From: Peribolospora baueri
Taxonomy: Eukaryota
DNA: 64,000 nt
Direction: 5' to 3'
NCBI GenBank assembly: GCA_029717555.1
Contig: JAMDHS010000015.1
Span: 1-64,000 of the forward strand
The position numbers and the translations under genes are program-made. Positions 40,701-54,326 of the stretch are shown here, in pieces. Within the stretch, counting starts at the first letter, position 1, and each line of letters starts with the position of its first letter. Below the pieces are notes generated by a model. The model was not told the DNA's origin. It did not search any database and was given only the letters and a program-made list of their open reading frames with translations.

Positions 40701-41940
40701 GATTCGCTCGTCACCGTCGGCCTATCACGCGACGCTAGCGAGGCGCTCGTCGGCATGCGCGTCCTCCAGATCCTCGCTTACAGCGGTCGCAAGACCCCGC
40801 AGCCCGGTGTCTCTGCGCTGAGGAGTGGGCGACGGGGACGTGCAACGGGGCCGGCGAGGAAGGCGTGTGCGGCCAACGACGGTCTCCCACTCTCGTCCGC
40901 GACGTTCTCTCCTTCCGCTACCGCCGCCGAAGAGGAGCCGGCCGCTTCTTCGTCCTCGCCGTCCGTGGAAGATTTGGAGTCTTCAGAGTCTTCGGATGGC
41001 AACGGCGAGTCATCGTCTTCCTCTCCCTCTTCTGAAGAAGACGACGACGACGACGACGACGACGACGACTACTACTACGACGACTCGGACCGAGGCCGCG
41101 AGGGCGAACCGGACGCCTGGACGTTCTTCTCGCTCACTCGCACGGACGACGGGACGAGCATCACCACCGACCACCGCGCGCTTCGTGCCGTCTTTGGAGG
41201 CGGAGGCGATGAGGACTTGATCCTTTGGGGCGGCGATGGGAGGTCATTGGACGAGCTTGAGGAGGAGGTCGAGGTGGATGTGGATGAGGAGGAGGAGGAA
41301 AGTGACGATGACGTTCTCCGTGGTCGCGCTACCGCCGGCGCTTCGAACAACGCTGACTCTGGCTGGGCGGCCGAGGCGGCGCGGGAGGAGGAGGGACGAG
41401 GACGGTCGGCGAGGTCGTCGTTGTCGTCGGCGTCAGCCGAGGTGGAAGGCAGGGAAGGGAGGAACGAGATGCTCTTGCGGTGTATTCGCATCGACCTCAG
41501 GGGCTTCGGTCTCGGTGAGTGGCGACCGGCCCGGCCCTCATTACTCCGCGCCCGAGCCAACGCATCGTCGGATCGGTCGGCGTTTTAAAACGTGTCGTTC
41601 CGCGCGAGTTGGATGATACTGACCACACGTACGGCGCTCGCTTCCCTCGACTCGGTCAGAACGAGCGGGTTTGACGAAGCGCTTCTCGGACTTGCTCGTC
41701 AATAACGGCATCCCGCTCATGTATAGCGCCACCTTCTCCACCGCCAACCTTCTGGTGAGCGCCGTCGCCGTGTCCCCCTCGTATGCACGGACCTCTCGCT
41801 CTGGAATTTGGATCTGACTGATCTCACCGACGACGTCTTCATATCCACCCTAACTACCTCCCGCTTGCCATTTTTTGCTGCTCCAGGTTCAGAGGGACGA
41901 TATACCAAAAGCGAAGCGCCTGCTCCAAAGCTGCTTTTAA
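37731..41940 (+). CDS. CASTOR/GATS-like ACT-domain protein with very long low-complexity insertions; very large exon 1 plus two short 3' exons
   Basis: FFSLSANDLEVSIV; WCALAV...GNRVREISSPLAKAGISILFLSTYVSDFILVK (ACT_7 signature); FFSLTRTDDGTSI; LRCIRIDLRGFGL|ERAGLTKRFSDLLVNNGIPLMYSATFSTANLL|VQRDDIPKAKRLLQSCF*. Confidence 0.85.
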
Positions 41941-42680
41941 TCCCTTCCTTCTCTCGCCATCGGCCCCGCCGTCTTACCTGCGCTCTCCTCGTCCGACTCC
42001 GCACACCTTACTCGACTTTGCTCTCTAAGAATTCAAAAAAAACGAAGCGGCCCGCCTGACCGACCGACGCGCGCATGCGTATCTACTCTGCCTCCTCGTC
42101 GGTTCCTTCACCTTGTCAGTATACCCACAGCATCCGACGCCCCCTTCCCCCTATTTATCCGTCCATCCTTTCATCTCGTCCGTGCTCGACCCGACGGCGA
42201 TCGCTTTTACTTGTTTATCTCGCCTCCCAGCTTCCGCAACGATGTTGATGACGATGACGACGACGGCGACGATCCTCGAATGCTCTTTTCCGTTTGCCTT
42301 CAGTCGAAGCTTTTGCGGGCTTGTGCACCTCGTCCCATTTCTTTTTCATCGCCCGTTTGCGTCTGCTACCTCTGCTTCTTGTGTCTTCTCTCTCTCTCGC
42401 AAACCACTCACGTCCTTTCCGTTTCCTCCCAGCTCGTACCCTCCCCTCGTCCTCATCTGTCCGTCCGTCCGTCCGTAGTTTCGTCCCGATGTACAACTAT
42501 CCACGTCCCTGGCTTCGGCTCGGCTCCCTTGTGCCCGCTCGCTCCCCCGCCCCGTCTCTGTGCAGACTAGCAAACAAATTAAAGTGAATGTCGTCCGTCG
42601 CGATCCCGCCGATCTCGCCGCTTCCGTCGTGTCGTCCCTGACTGTCGCGCGTGAAGCGAGAACCATCCATGTTCCACGAA

Positions 42681-42729
42681 CGACACGACACGACACGACA
42701 CGACACGACACGACACGACACGACACGAC
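42681..42729. repeat. (ACACG)n pentanucleotide microsatellite
   Basis: cgacacgacacgaca... about 9-10 units. Confidence 0.9.
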
Positions 42730-42990
42730 CGCCCGGGGATGGCGAGGGCGGTGTGGGAAGCCCGTCATCACGGACAGACCCCGGGTCCACCTACCGCAAA
42801 AGAGTCCGACAACCTGCATTTTCGCGCCATGGCCGCACCCGAGGTTCACCCACCTTCCTGATCGACCCCGCAACGGCGTGGCCATGAAACGAGCATGAGG
42901 CCAAGAGACGCCATCATCTGTCCCTCGCCGCCGCTGGGTCCGACGCCTATTCGTCTGATAACGAGCCATGTTGCACATAAGCGCCATTTC

Positions 42991-43035
42991 CAAGCTTAGC
43001 TGGTGTTTTTTTCCTTACGGCGCCGGGAGATGGAC
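42991..43035 (+). repeat. Dispersed repeat module M1 (second copy at 60145-60188)
   Basis: caagcttagctggtgttttt.ccttacggcgccgggagatggac present at both loci. Confidence 0.85.
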
Positions 43036-43053
43036 GAGGTTTTCCCGCGACAG

Positions 43054-43131
43054 AGATCGAAGCAGGACTAATAAGACGGAGGGAGATCGCACGTGACACC
43101 TAGTCATTATCGTTAATTGCACTTCGAGATA
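43054..43131 (+). repeat. Dispersed repeat module M2 (direct copy 58591-58683; inverted copy about 57619-57689)
   Basis: agatcgaagcagga...agacggagggagatcgcacgtgacacctag.cattatcgttaattgcacttcgagata shared. Confidence 0.88.
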
Positions 43132-43452
43132 TGTACATAAGGACAGCACCCCCTGAAGATCCACCACCTAACTCTTACCAAACCAATCGATCCAGCTCTT
43201 GCTCTGTTTTCCCGTTCGACACTCGCTTCCGTTCAACTACTACTCGCTTCCACGACAATCTGCCAATCTCCCTGCCCTCATCGGTCACCACGACTCAGCT
43301 CAATGGCCCTCCCTCTGCGCGCCGCTTCCCTGCAGTGTGCCGGTGGGATACGCTGCCGTGATGGATGCACACGCAGATGAGGAGCGATACTTGGCGGTTA
43401 TTCCTCTCGCCTTCGTCCAGCGAGCTGGAAGAAGGCCGCGTACCTTTTCACA
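43132..43452. mobile_element. Solo-LTR-like unit M3 (TG...CA, about 320 bp), copy 1
   Basis: Begins TGTACAT, ends CCTTTTCACA, and is similar along its length to 57875-58188. No target-site duplication found. Confidence 0.5.
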
Positions 43453-43670
43453 ATTATGTCCTACCTGGTTGAGAATGAAGATTACGAGCTCATGTTAGGA
43501 GGGCTTTCAGTCAAGGCAGATGATGATATCAAGCCGGAGAAGTATGTTGCCATTTCAAAATCAGATGAGCGGCGTCCATTCTATTTCAATTAACCCGGCG
43601 GAGCTTTGACATCTCCATCTCGGCTCCTGCCCATAACTTCTTCCACATACGGGCTCCTTTGACAACGGGC

Positions 43671-44420
43671 TCAATCGTCAAAATTGTGCAAGCGAAATCG
43701 CGCACGGACGCATTTCCCGTAATGCCAGTCGAGCTGAGACGGGCAGAAAGGATCCATATAGGGAAGCAGGTAAGTCGAAAGATATGCCGAGATAAGACAA
43801 GGTGATGACAACTGACCAGCTTCCGATCTGGATGGTACTGAGTAAGCTCTTTATCTCTCGTAATTTCAACGACTGGCCGTGAAATGGCTGAACTTTTTGG
43901 GATTAGTGAAAGAATGTATCTCGTAGGCCCCGTCCTAGTCGAATCAGACGGACATACTTGAAATGTCAACGCGTGACATACGACAGAAGAACGACCAACA
44001 GCGGTTGATTTCTTACCTTGACGAAAACGCCTCACTGGGAATGATCAAAAGGACGATGAAGTTCTTGCTCATCATCAGCGCATTTGTGACTTTATCTACG
44101 CCGCTGAGAGGGTTGCCAGTAATTTGCTGAACGTGCTGAAAGCACTCAAGGCAACGGAGCGCATGAGGGGAGCGTTACCGTAACAGGAGGGACAAAGCTT
44201 ACCTTATTTCCTCGAATTTGCGGTGAAATATGGCAAGCCTCAAGCGTTGCTCCGAAGAAATAAAAAAATCCCGTGACTGCACACTTCGCTCCATCCCTGA
44301 CCATGGCCGCCTGGAGGAAAGCCGACTGTGAAATGACATGACATGTCAGTTTTGACCGGCAGATTCATCCATTGAAGGGTCCTTCTTCACCGGGGTGTCG
44401 CTTGATCTGGAGGAGTGGGA
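43671..44420 (-). pseudogene. Decayed intron-containing fungal HNH endonuclease (HNH_2-type) gene
   Basis: Manual splicing gives SAFLQAAMVRDGAKCAVTG...LEACHISPQIRGNK|HVQQITGNPLSGVDKVTNALMMSK(frameshift)LHRPFDHSQ*GVFVK|TGPTRYILS...HPDRKL|LDWHYGKCVRARF. There is a 1-nt frameshift near 44061 and a TGA near 44033. The 5' boundary is uncertain. Confidence 0.75.
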
Positions 44421-44644
44421 TACTGAGCTATAATCATCTGTTCATTGCTGCCACGTTTATAGTTTCGAATAGTTGTCAAGTAACAGAGATGAAACAAGGA
44501 GTGTCGGAATGTTCCGATACTTAGTCCTTTCAATAAGCCGGCACGTACGATTGTTGCTCAGATTCGTAAGCTAGCCCCTCTCGCCCCTGCTCGGAGGAAT
44601 GGGACCAGAGTTCTACCATCATCTTCAGCGTTACCGCTACAGTC

Positions 44645-44696
44645 GCGGCGCCCATGAAATTCCTATGTTGGCTAGGTCCGCCTGTACGCATAGTCA
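44645..44696 (+). repeat. Dispersed repeat module M4 upstream of tRNA copy 1 (second copy about 59485-59535)
   Basis: gcggcgc.catgaaattcctatgtt.gctaggtccgcct.ta.gc.tagtc at both loci. Confidence 0.85.
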
Positions 44697-44726
44697 CTGC
44701 AACAAATCTCACTAACAAATAAGTAC

Positions 44727-44810
44727 GCTCTGTTAGCTCAGTTGGTTAGAGCGTAGAGCTAATAAGATTAGTTCACTCTAAGGTCACAGGTTCGACCCCT
44801 GTACAGAGCA
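44727..44810 (+). tRNA. tRNA-Ile(AAU): tRNA-Ile (anticodon AAT) with a 10-nt canonical-position intron
   Basis: Cloverleaf: acceptor GCTCTGT/ACAGAGC, D-arm GCTC-AGTTGGTTA-GAGC, anticodon stem TAGAG/CTCTA, loop CT-AAT-A[agattagttc]A, T-arm ACAGG-TTCGACC-CCTGT; T-rich terminator follows. Confidence 0.92.
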
Positions 44811-46100
44811 TTTCTTTTTATTTTTGCACACCCGCGGGTTCGGTTTCCATCGTTATTTTTACCACGACGCATCCCGTGCGAAGGGCGATGAAGCGCTTTG
44901 GTTTGACTGGGCGGTAGTCTATATGCGATAGGACAGATGCTCGCGACATTTTCGTGCCAATCACGGACCGCTCGATTGATGTGACTCGCAGTTTGAACGG
45001 TTGATCGGGTTGACGTGCCTGTCGACGCGGCCCGATGCGAATGAGAGGCGTGACCGGCCCTATTGGTTGGCAAAAAGGTGAGTGAATGGCTGTCGAGAAG
45101 GCGAACGCCCGGGGCATTACCGCTATTTGCTACAGCTCCTTGTGCCGTATGTATACTCCGGGAAGAAGGTCGTCTGCAATTCGGCGTGGGGTAGGGAGGG
45201 AGGCAGGAACGAATGGCCGACCTCCTTATATAAAAACACGATCGTGACATCTCTTCGCCTTCGAGCCTCCCATCTCGGCCTCCTGTCCGCGCAAGCCAAG
45301 AGACCGTCCAGCCAGCCTCTGTGCCGGCATATTCCCCAAGGAGGGGCCGAAGGTGGAACAGGGTGAACGAGCGACCGTCCGCTCGAAGGATGCCATCGCC
45401 CACCTTGGCGTCCCTCACGCGTTGGCGCACCTTTATCCTTTCGCCGCGTTCGCTCAGGTGCATCTTGATCGAGATGAGGCACGCCGTTGTGAGGACGACA
45501 CTGGCTGGCCGTTCGCATCGTAGACGGGCTCCCCTCTGTCGGGCGAGCCAAACGTCGATGCAGCGCGGCGGGGTGCGGAGATGGAAGAGGAGCGGCGGGA
45601 TGGAGAGATGGAGGAGATCGTCGATGTGAGCTGCTCATCGCTTGCGCGGCTGTTTCTGTTTGGCACTCCCAAGTCGGCCGTCATCTGTAGGCGTCTCTCA
45701 TGTAAGCAATCGCTTCGCTTCACCTCGTCTCTTCTTGTCGCCTCGTTCTAGGAGACGGTCGTAGGTAGCTTGTGATAGACGACCGATACCGACGACGAGG
45801 GCGGAAGGTACTGCGGCAGACGAGATGAGAGGCGACTGCGGCGACTGCGTCTCGGCTTGGGAGCTTGTCGAGCCGAGTCGACCGCGCGTTCCTTCTTCTC
45901 CGAGAAATGCGAAGCTGAAGGTGAAAGTGTCAACGACAAGAACAACCGTCATCGACGTCCTCGTCGCCGTCCTCGTCGCCCTCGTCCTCGCCCCGTTGGC
46001 CGCCTTCTCGCTCGTCGCTGCTTCGCCCTGGCCCTCCAACCTCGCTGCTTCCCCAACGATCGCAAGCTCCCTCGCTCATCCTCCACATCGCTCCAGCCGC

Positions 46101-49666
<3,566 letters not shown>

Positions 49667-50732
49667 CATGCCTCTCACCACGCCTGTCAGCTGGTCGGCC
49701 TGAATATAAAGGAGCACCTAGGCGTCTGTTCTAGGTGCTCTGGGGAGACGCGGAGAGCCGACCTGACCTGGGATGAGGAGGCAGAGGTGCATAATTAGGT
49801 CGGGACGGTGCTTGCTTTCCTTTCTTGCCTTCTTCCCCCTTCTCTGTTTCCTCGAGTTTCCTCCAACCCCTCCCCCACTCCTCTTTCTCTCTTTCTCTCT
49901 TTCTCGCTCTCGTTCTCTCTTTATCACGGGCCGGCGAGCCGCCCGTTTTGGCCTCTTCGCCGCCACATGGCTTGAGAATACTCTCTTCCTCCGTTTTCTA
50001 CCTACGCCTTTGACGCTTTTCTTACGCTTTCGCATACGTTCTCCATCTAGCTTTTCTGATCCTGTCTGGTATTCGACCTCATTGCAAGCACTATACCCTC
50101 ATCTCTCTGGTCCTCCAGCCGAGCACGTCGTCGTCGTCCCCCAACGGCTGGCCCGCAACCACGGCCGGGTGCCGCAGTCGAGAGCGTGACGAGCCGGCTT
50201 GATGGACACAAAGGCCGGATTTGGGGCGCCGGTCGGGCGGGGTGGAGGCAACGAACGCATCTTGGTGCTCGACGACGAGGACGTAAAGAGAAAGACTGCA
50301 ATCTCTGGGCGCGCTCGTCCAAGCCCTCGTACGTGACTTTGGCCTCCGCGGGCTAGCTGACAACCAAAGGTGAGCGGAGAACGTTCTGCGAGGGGCAGAT
50401 TGCCGGGCTGGCTTTGATCAGCTCTCAGAGCGGGGGCGATGGCGAACTGAGCGTGCACTCGCCGACGACGCCACGCCAACGTCGGCGACGGCTAGGTAAA
50501 GGCTAGCTGCAGCGGAAAGAGTGCTGACCGAATTCGACGCTGCGTCTCATCTCATCTCATCCTCCATCCAGCTCACCTCGTCATTGCGACATTTTCAAGA
50601 CTACCCCACGCAAAGAACCGGCCTATCGGACCAGCCCGAGACTTGGTCAGAAGGATTCTGCTCGTTTCTCTCTCAGCTGGACAAGTCAAGCATCGTTCAC
50701 TCTGCGACGCCACCGAACCGGACGTTACCAAG

Positions 50733-53338
50733 ATGATGACGGACGAAGACGACACGATGATGATTGGCGGGCCTTCTGCATCCTCCACGGGATGGGCCCC
50801 CACCTCTGCCATGGCCGGTGGCGGGCCAACAGCATTCGGTCTAGGTGGGGGAGGGTCAGTGTCGAATGACGCCAGCGACGTTTTCCGACAGGCGTACGAC
50901 GACATACGCCGCATTGATGACGCCGGGCGACAGTTGGATCTCGTTTTCCTGTTGGATTGTACCGGCAGTATGGGTGAGTGCTGTGGGGCACTTCGAGATG
51001 ATGTTGCATCACACGAGTCGGAATGGTCGTGCTCGGACGGCGCTTTTTATGCTGAGCTTCCCCATTTTCTTTCCTTTCTCCTCCGGCCTCGACCGTCGTC
51101 GCTGACAGGTGCATAGTGAGTCTGGCAGTCCTCGGTGGTAACACGTCTGATGTCTGCTCCGGGCTCTACTGAAAAACTGCTCCTTTCCTTCGTCCTCTTC
51201 CTTTCCCTCTTTCAGCATTTCGGTGAGCGCGAATACCGTCTGCGTCGCAATGGATTGTGGTAATGATTCGTCCGCTCAAGAGTTTCCACTGCCATGACCT
51301 TGTTCTCCTTAGTCGGCGACCAAGAACATCGAAGTCATTTGCGAAGAGGTGACCTATCGCTCGGTCAAGCCCTCCACCGAGAATACTTCGAGCTTCAGGT
51401 GACGACGAGCGAAGCGCTAACCTTGTTGGGTCATTCCTCTTTCGACGCAGATCGTTCACTCCGAGAAGCTTTCCGGACCAGACGCCTTGCGTATCGGACT
51501 CATTGCGTATCGGTGAGTTCGAGCGCTGTACTATAGAAGCCGTTCGGAATCGGGACTGTCGGCCACCTCACTGATGGCACTCTGCTTTCCGGCGCTCCAG
51601 TGACCATCCACCTCAGGACCACTCATGGCTGCTTCAAAACTTCGGCTTCACAACTGATGTCTTGACTGTGCATCAGCATCTCAAGAGCCTATACGCTTCC
51701 GGTGGTGGAGATGGTGCCGAGGTACGTGAATGTGTTCATGGCTGTGTCGCCATGACGTCGTATCGACCTACTCACCTGTCTCCCACTCTTCCCTCACCTC
51801 ACCAACCCGTTCAGGCGGTGACGGCAGCGATGAAAGCAGCTGTCGACCTAGACTGGCGCCCGAGCGCAACCAAGATGTGCGTCCTGATCGCCGACGCCCC
51901 TCCTCACGGTATCGGCGAGTACGGGGACGGCTTCCCCAATGGCAGTCCCGACGGCGAAGACCCCTTGCGCCTCGCTAGGCAGATGGCCGCCAGGGGCATT
52001 CCGCTGTTCATGGTCGCATGTGAGCCTGCCCTGAGCGGGTACCAGAATGCAGTTGATGTGAGTAAACAGACGTGTTCAGATTCTTCTTCATGGCTTGGGG
52101 TTCGGCTGATCCCGTTTTACGGTGTTCATTGCCGTCCTTCACAGTTTTTCCAAGGCCTCGTGCGGATTACTGGGGCGTTGCTGTTACCGCTGACGACTGC
52201 TTCACTGCTTAGCCATGTCATTGTGAGGAGCATGGCGCTTTACTACGGTCGTTTGAGAATTTTCAATCCGCGGCCGATCCTGACTTCTTCGTACTTTTAA
52301 TCGCGCTCGTAGGTCGGTTTTGCGGGAGAGGCGATGGACATGGAGCGCCTGGTTCGCGAAGTCGGACAAGCGGTGTCCGAGCGCATCCAGTTGCAAGGCG
52401 GGACGTCGGAATCGGTGGATGACGTCGCGCGGGAGCTGCACGAGAAGCTGATGCTTCGCAATGAGAGCACGAAACAGCTTCACGTTGAAAGCATTTACCG
52501 CGAGAGCGAGGAGAGCAAACACAACGTCGAGGTGTGGAGCACCGCGCCAGATCTCGAGTCCGCTAGGCCGCTCATCAAGAGGGTCAAGGGATCCCGGCTC
52601 TCCGAACGGTATCTCGCCACGAGACACGCGGCCCCTCCGCCGTACTCTTCCTATCCTTATTCTGACCATCCCTACGCATCTTCGCCCTCTCGTGCCTCTA
52701 CCGCTACGACCTCAACCTCTTCTCCTACGCGTGCGACACCCGGATCTTCCCCCTCGTCCCGTAAAGTGCTCTCCGACTTCAGTGCCTTCTCGTCCGCCGG
52801 ACCCATGTCCGTGTCTAATGCGCCCATGGGCAAACAAGGTCTCTTCGGCGCCTTCGCGGCAGGAGGAAGGGGAGGTTACCGAGGTCGGGGAGGGGATGCG
52901 ATGGACGACGACGACGACGATGATGATGGTGAGGGCCCCGAGGAAGGCATGTTCGCCGATGACGTAGGCCACCACCACGGAAGAGGAATAGGAGAAGGAT
53001 CAGATGGCGCGGCCACCATGGCCGCCGCGCTCAAGCCTGGAACGGGCGCTTTTGGGAGCCCAACAAAGTTCTCTGCCACTAATAGCGCAAGTGCGGTAGG
53101 TGACGACGGCCAGAGAATCGAGCTGAGGCAAGGTGCTATCTCCTACGAGCAGGCGAGTAGCTTGGTATGCTCTCCGCGCGGCGAGATTTTGACGGCAATG
53201 ACCCCTAACCTGCTCTGGAGTTCTTCTTCGTCTTTGTATTTCCCTCCTCGTCTTGCTCGACCGGAACCCTCATCGCCAAAAATAAAGGCCCGTCGTCTTG
53301 CCTTGCTTAGCGCATACCGCGCCTCCAGCTCGTCATGA
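50733..53338 (+). CDS. von Willebrand factor A (VWA) domain protein of the fungal alpha-kinase-associated type, without a kinase domain; many exons including two 7-nt micro-exons
   Basis: LDLVFLLDCTGSMG|AY|IS|SATKNI (MIDAS DxTxS), LIAYR|DHPPQD, ASGGGDGAE|AV, LDWRPSATKMCVLIADAPPHG. Confidence 0.9.
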
Positions 53339-54326
53339 TTCCTTCAACTCCTCACTTTCTTTAATATTCTCCCCGTCCGCTCTCAACGGGCTCATCATCA
53401 CCATCGAGGGTCCGATTATATACATCTATTGCAGCAAGTCGATACCCGCTCAATCTGTCTATTCGTGCTCAAGTCCTGATCGCCCATCGACCGCGCCTGA
53501 CCGCATCTGGTCCGTGCGTGCCCGCTCGGCTTTAGGTGCGAGGGTTTCGTTATTATGTTTTCTCGTCCCCTTCCTTTAAGCACACGTTCGTCAGCGGTTG
53601 TGCGCTTTCTCTCCTCCGCCTCGCTGTCTTTTATTACCTCTTGGCTCCTTCCCGCGTCCGCCATAGCATCTTCGTCTTGCGCAGCTGACCCCTATGCGCT
53701 TCCTTGAGCTACACGACCCAAGCGATCCCGATTCAGCCCTTCCCGTCCTTATTCCACGTCCAGGCCAAGTGCTGTACGATATATTTTTCCCGTCAAACAG
53801 TTACCAGAAATGACGCGCCACGGGCCCGAGACGGGTTTCCGTGGGTTATGTGCGGGGTGCGGGACGGAGGCCGTAAAGCGATTCGTATAGTGTGCGGGTG
53901 ACAAGCGCGTTTGCCTCGATGCGCGGCGATGGGAACCGGCGAGCTAGACTCATAGCAGAGAAAATCGCAGCGTAGATGGAATACATAAGCAGAGCCTCGA
54001 CGGCCAGTCCGTCCTCCGCCCCAGTTGGTCGCTGGTAGCCATCATCCATTATCTTCAACATATTGGGGGGGGGGGGCTCGTCTCGTCTCGTTCCAGAGCC
54101 CGAACGCGATGCCTTCCAAATCTGAAAGGACCGAGAAGGACCATTAACTAAGAAGAACGATCGTGACGGACGATAAATTATGAGCAAAGTGTGAAGAATG
54201 GAAAATGAGACGGGGCGGGCGGGATGATGGATGGTGGATGTATGGAGCCCCCTCTCCGTTTCTTTTGCATGCGAATCTGCACAGCTTCCCCTCCAGCCAC
54301 GCACGCACTCACGCTGGCAGCCCACA

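Noticed and set aside
43586..44035. 149-aa ORF as an intact gene
   Set aside because: It reads through introns of the HNH pseudogene; only the middle part is exon.
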